Shown: piece after piece, positions 46,364-47,003 of the stretch
Layout of the letters: each line of letters begins with the position of its first letter
How positions within the stretch are numbered: position 1 is the first letter of the stretch
NCBI GenBank assembly: GCA_958009085.1
Contig: OY253683.1
Location: 930,001-977,003, forward strand
Direction: 5' to 3'
DNA length: 47,003 nt
From: Protoeuglena noctilucae
Lineage: Eukaryota
Position numbers and translations under genes: made by a program
Notes under the pieces: model-generated
The model's input: the letters and a program-made list of their open reading frames with translations, nothing else
What the model was told of the DNA's origin: nothing
The model's database searches: none

Positions 46364-46725
46364 TTAGAGGTGGAACCCGAGGGAAAAGCCACCCGAGGGC
46401 AAGGAGGGCAAGCCCCCCTGTGCCGGGGAAGGCACATGCAAGAAGCAAGCGCAAGACCCCCAGATACGAGGGCGGGTGCCCGCTAGGCGGGCTCAAAGGG
46501 CTGCAGCAAGGCAGCGGGGGCAGCTGCAAGACGGCGGGTAGGCGGCGCGGCGGCTGCCACTCCCCCCGACTCGCAGGGCCGGGCTGGGGTGGCGGGCTCA
46601 GTGGCTCACCGCTTGAGAGCCCTGGTGCATGGGGAGGTGCCCCTGGGGCGCCGCCCTCTGCACCCTGGGCCCGGCCGCCCCATCATGGCGGCGCTCGGGC
46701 ACGAACGCCGATGGGGAAGGGGAGT

Positions 46726-47003
46726 GGGTGAGGGTTAGGGTGGTTAGGTAGGGTTAGGGTTAGGTTAGTTTTTTTGGTCAGTTTTTTAGGGTAGTTTTTT
46801 GGGTTAGGGTTAGGGTTAGGGTTAGGGTTAGGGTAGGGTTAGGGTTAGGGTTAGGGTTAGGGTTAGGGTTAGGGTTAGGGTTAGGGTTAGGGTTAGGGTT
46901 AGGGTTAGGGTTAGGGTTAGGGTTAGGGTTAGGGTTAGGGTTAGGGTTAGGGTTAGGGTTAGGGTTAGGGTTAGGGTTAGGGTAGGGTTAGGGTTAGGGT
47001 TAG
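46726..47003 (+). repeat. Telomere (TTAGGG)n with degenerate proximal zone
   Basis: Near-perfect TTAGGG array from about 46801 to the window end (two TAGGG variants). Degenerate, T-rich units at 46726-46800. The G-rich strand runs toward the end. Confidence 0.98.

Noticed and set aside
45712..46731. Short ORFs in the subtelomere (45712-46062, 45976-46206, 46420-46731)
   Set aside because: No domain motifs. Differences between the two repeat copies include frame-breaking indels and follow base-pairing rather than codon structure.

Overview
This window is the terminal 47 kb of a GC-rich, intron-dense eukaryotic chromosome arm. It is most likely from a green alga, given the plastid-targeted UGP3 and PsbP-domain genes and the TGTAA poly(A) signals. 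It ends in a (TTAGGG)n telomere. I can splice 14 protein-coding genes by hand: DBR1, RRP9, COG6, an NDT-type mitochondrial carrier, UGP3 (interrupted by a 200-N gap), an M32 carboxypeptidase, a small PUB-domain protein, a PsbP-domain protein (PPD7-like), RAD1, a GCFC/PAXBP1/ILP1-like protein, NEK10, a P4-ATPase flippase, RPL21 and an RH47/ISE1-like DEAD-box helicase. Four signals stand out. (1) Two diverged ~180-nt subtelomeric repeats (45889-46363) keep a multi-helix RNA fold through compensatory changes and share complementary kissing loops on the minus strand; I do not recognise this structured RNA. (2) About 15 of about 90 introns appear to use GC donors (G|GCGAG). (3) Many introns carry 'ghost' copies of their own exon-intron junctions. 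(4) A two-state hairpin with telomeric motifs overlaps a RAD1 splice donor. All gene models and family assignments are by eye and from remembered motifs, not database searches.
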